DNA of 64,000 bases from Ostreococcus lucimarinus (Eukaryota): NCBI GenBank assembly GCA_000092065.1, contig CP000596.1; one strand, written 5' to 3'. The position numbers were made by a program, and so were the translations under genes. The notes under the pieces were generated by a model. It saw nothing but the letters and a program-made list of their open reading frames with translations, searched no databases and had not been told where the DNA came from. This document shows positions 62,394 through 64,000 of the stretch, piece after piece. Numbering within the stretch: the stretch's first letter is position 1; every line of letters begins with the position of its first letter.

Positions 62394-63131
62394 CTATCGC
62401 CCGATCCGCGCGGCGTTGCGAATGCGTTCGTCGTACTCGAGCCCATCGATGCGCTCCAACTGCGCCACGGCGTGCGCTCGAAGCGAGTGGAGAATGCGTA
62501 CGAGCGCTTTACGTTTCTGCGCTTCGCGACCATCGCTGACTGGGACGTGCGGTCGAACCACCGCCTTCTCGTTCCGTCTCTTCGCCGTCTGGCGCTCTCT
62601 AAATTCCATCGCGCGATACAAATTCTCCGTCGCCTTCGCCTTCTCCATCGCCGCATCCCGCTCCGCCGTCGCTCGCAGCACCATCAACCTCGCCTCGAGC
62701 ACTTCTTTATCCCTGACCGCGTCCAACGCGCGCTGTCGTTCGCGCGCGCTCTCTCGAGCCGCTCGAAACCACGCTCGCAGCCAACCGCGTCGGCGTCGTC
62801 TCGCCCATCGCGCGCGATGCGCCTCCAATCGCGCCGCCGGATCCGCGCGTGCGCTGCGCTCGCGCCAAGCGGAGAACGCGCGCGCGAGCGCCCGCGCGCG
62901 ACGCGCATCGGCGACCGCAGCGCGCGCCGCGCGGCGTCGCACCGCGTCAGAGGCGACGAATCGCCACTCCGCGAACGCGCGTCGCATCGTCTCTCCGCGT
63001 CGAACGCGCGCGCGCGAGACGGATTTCCATCGCGCGAACGCGTCCGCGGACATCCGCCGCGCGCGCGCGCCGCGCGCCCGGTCGACCGGTCGCGCTCTGA
63101 CGCGACGACTCGTCTCGTCGAAAAGCGCCAC
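62394..63131 (-). CDS. Arg-rich coiled-coil protein with spaced AFxxWR motifs (Sfi1-repeat-like, tentative)
   Basis: AFARWK, AFAEWR, AFSAWR and LRAWFR recur at 23-34 aa spacing in a helical Arg/Ala-rich context. The C-terminus is a non-repetitive coiled coil. The call is weak. Confidence 0.3.
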   Translation of the reverse strand: MALFDETSRRVRARPVDRARGARARRMSADAFARWKSVSRARVRRGETMRRAFAEWRFVASDAVRRRAARAAVADARRARALARAFSAWRERSARADPAARLEAHRARWARRRRRGWLRAWFRAARESARERQRALDAVRDKEVLEARLMVLRATAERDAAMEKAKATENLYRAMEFRERQTAKRRNEKAVVRPHVPVSDGREAQKRKALVRILHSLRAHAVAQLERIDGLEYDERIRNAARIGR

Positions 63132-63279
63132 CGAGGTGAGCGGGACAGCGGGACAGCGGGACAGCGGGACGCGTAGGGACGACGGGACGCATCGCGAGCG
63201 AGCGAGCGAGCGAGCGAGCGAGCGACGTAAGCTCTAATGTAATACTGAATGTTGGCCTACGTCGCGTGGTGCGCGTCCA

Positions 63280-64000
63280 TCAAGACGCGCGCGCGGGGAG
63301 ACGCTCGAGCTTGGCGAGCGTGTTGAAGGCGGCGACCTGGCTCAAGCCGTCCGGCCACGTCACGGACATGGCGTAGTTTCCGATGACGGACATTTCTATC
63401 GGAGCGATATCGTCCGGGATCGGGGTGCCGTTTAAGAGCCTGTCCGGGGACTCGTCGCTGCCCTTGACGCGAGCGCTCGTGTCGGACATGCGAACGTTTT
63501 TCGCCGTGATCCAAAACGGCTTATCGTCATTCTCCCCGGGAAGTTCGACGCGAAACGCGCCATCATAACCTGGATCGATATCGACGCGCGGCTTCTTTCC
63601 GTTGTTAAGCTTGGCGACCTCTCGAACGACGGTGGCGGCGACGTCTTGGTACCTCGAGCTCGTCTTGCACGCCGGGTCTCGCAACACGAGCGGCCGACCG
63701 GTGTCCCCGCACGCGCTCAACTCGGGCACGATGGGCATTTGCAGCAAGTTTGGCACGCCATATTGCTCACAAATCGCCGCGCCACTGCCCTCGCCGAAGG
63801 GTTTGTGTTTGACGCCGTCGACTTCAAAGTAACTCAGGTTTTCTACGACGCTCACGCACGGCACCGCTAGCTTGGCAAACATGCGCACACCTTTTTCGAC
63901 GTCGATGAAGGCTAACTTTTGCGGCGTTGTCACGACGACCGCAGCGGTGATGGGGACGACTTGGCACAGCGTCAACTGAATATCCCCAGTTCCCGGTGGC
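63280..64000 (-). CDS. HCF101: HCF101-type Mrp/NBP35 Fe-S cluster scaffold ATPase, C-terminal part (gene runs off the window end)
   Basis: The Mrp C-terminal region is (VVTTPQKLAFIDVEKGVRMF...CEQYGVPNLLQMPI). It is followed by a DUF971 domain (MSVIGNYAMSVTWPDGLSQVAAFNTLAKL), the domain combination that defines plastid HCF101. The 5' end lies beyond position 64000. Confidence 0.75.
   Translation of the reverse strand, partial: PPGTGDIQLTLCQVVPITAAVVVTTPQKLAFIDVEKGVRMFAKLAVPCVSVVENLSYFEVDGVKHKPFGEGSGAAICEQYGVPNLLQMPIVPELSACGDTGRPLVLRDPACKTSSRYQDVAATVVREVAKLNNGKKPRVDIDPGYDGAFRVELPGENDDKPFWITAKNVRMSDTSARVKGSDESPDRLLNGTPIPDDIAPIEMSVIGNYAMSVTWPDGLSQVAAFNTLAKLERLPARAS

Noticed and set aside
1-64000. 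Interpretation as a high-GC bacterial (for example actinobacterial) region
   Set aside because: Cytosolic eS4 and uS5, adaptin, cyclin, ALG3, GPAT9 and LSM14 genes are present. Spliceosomal introns with consistent donor, branch and acceptor signals interrupt conserved protein motifs. No Shine-Dalgarno or operon organisation is seen.
1-64000. Search for CRISPR arrays, transposons or integrated viral elements
   Set aside because: No regularly spaced repeat-spacer arrays, no terminal inverted repeats, no transposase, integrase or reverse-transcriptase motifs. The only repeats are short microsatellites and the 123-bp tandem repeat.

Overview
This 64 kb window looks like a compact, very GC-rich eukaryotic nuclear segment, most likely from a Mamiellophyceae-type green alga such as Micromonas. 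The reasons are spliced cytosolic ribosomal-protein genes (RPS4 with two introns; RPS2), short introns with GTGCG[T/A] donors and CTGAC branch points, genes for chloroplast-targeted proteins (cytochrome c6A, CPSase small subunit, HCF101, membrane rubredoxin, 6-phosphogluconolactonase), and about one gene per 1.3 kb on both strands. I could assign roughly 48 protein-coding genes by recognisable motifs; I could not recognise any rRNA, tRNA, transposon or CRISPR array. The most notable locus is a microbial-rhodopsin / histidine-kinase / response-regulator fusion (a histidine-kinase rhodopsin) at 43207..46302. Other points worth a second look are listed under findings: a cytochrome c6A with its disulfide loop insertion, a 123-bp frame-preserving tandem repeat upstream of a ParB-like nuclease-domain gene, a low-GC orphan gene, an atypical DUSP-like phosphatase, a degenerate Rab-like GTPase resembling IFT22, head-to-head gene pairs with very short shared promoters, and three mitochondrial respiratory-chain genes within 3.3 kb. 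The many long ORFs in GC-rich spacers and antisense to real genes are treated as artefacts of stop-codon-poor GC-rich DNA. Exact start codons and splice sites are inferred by eye and remain uncertain.
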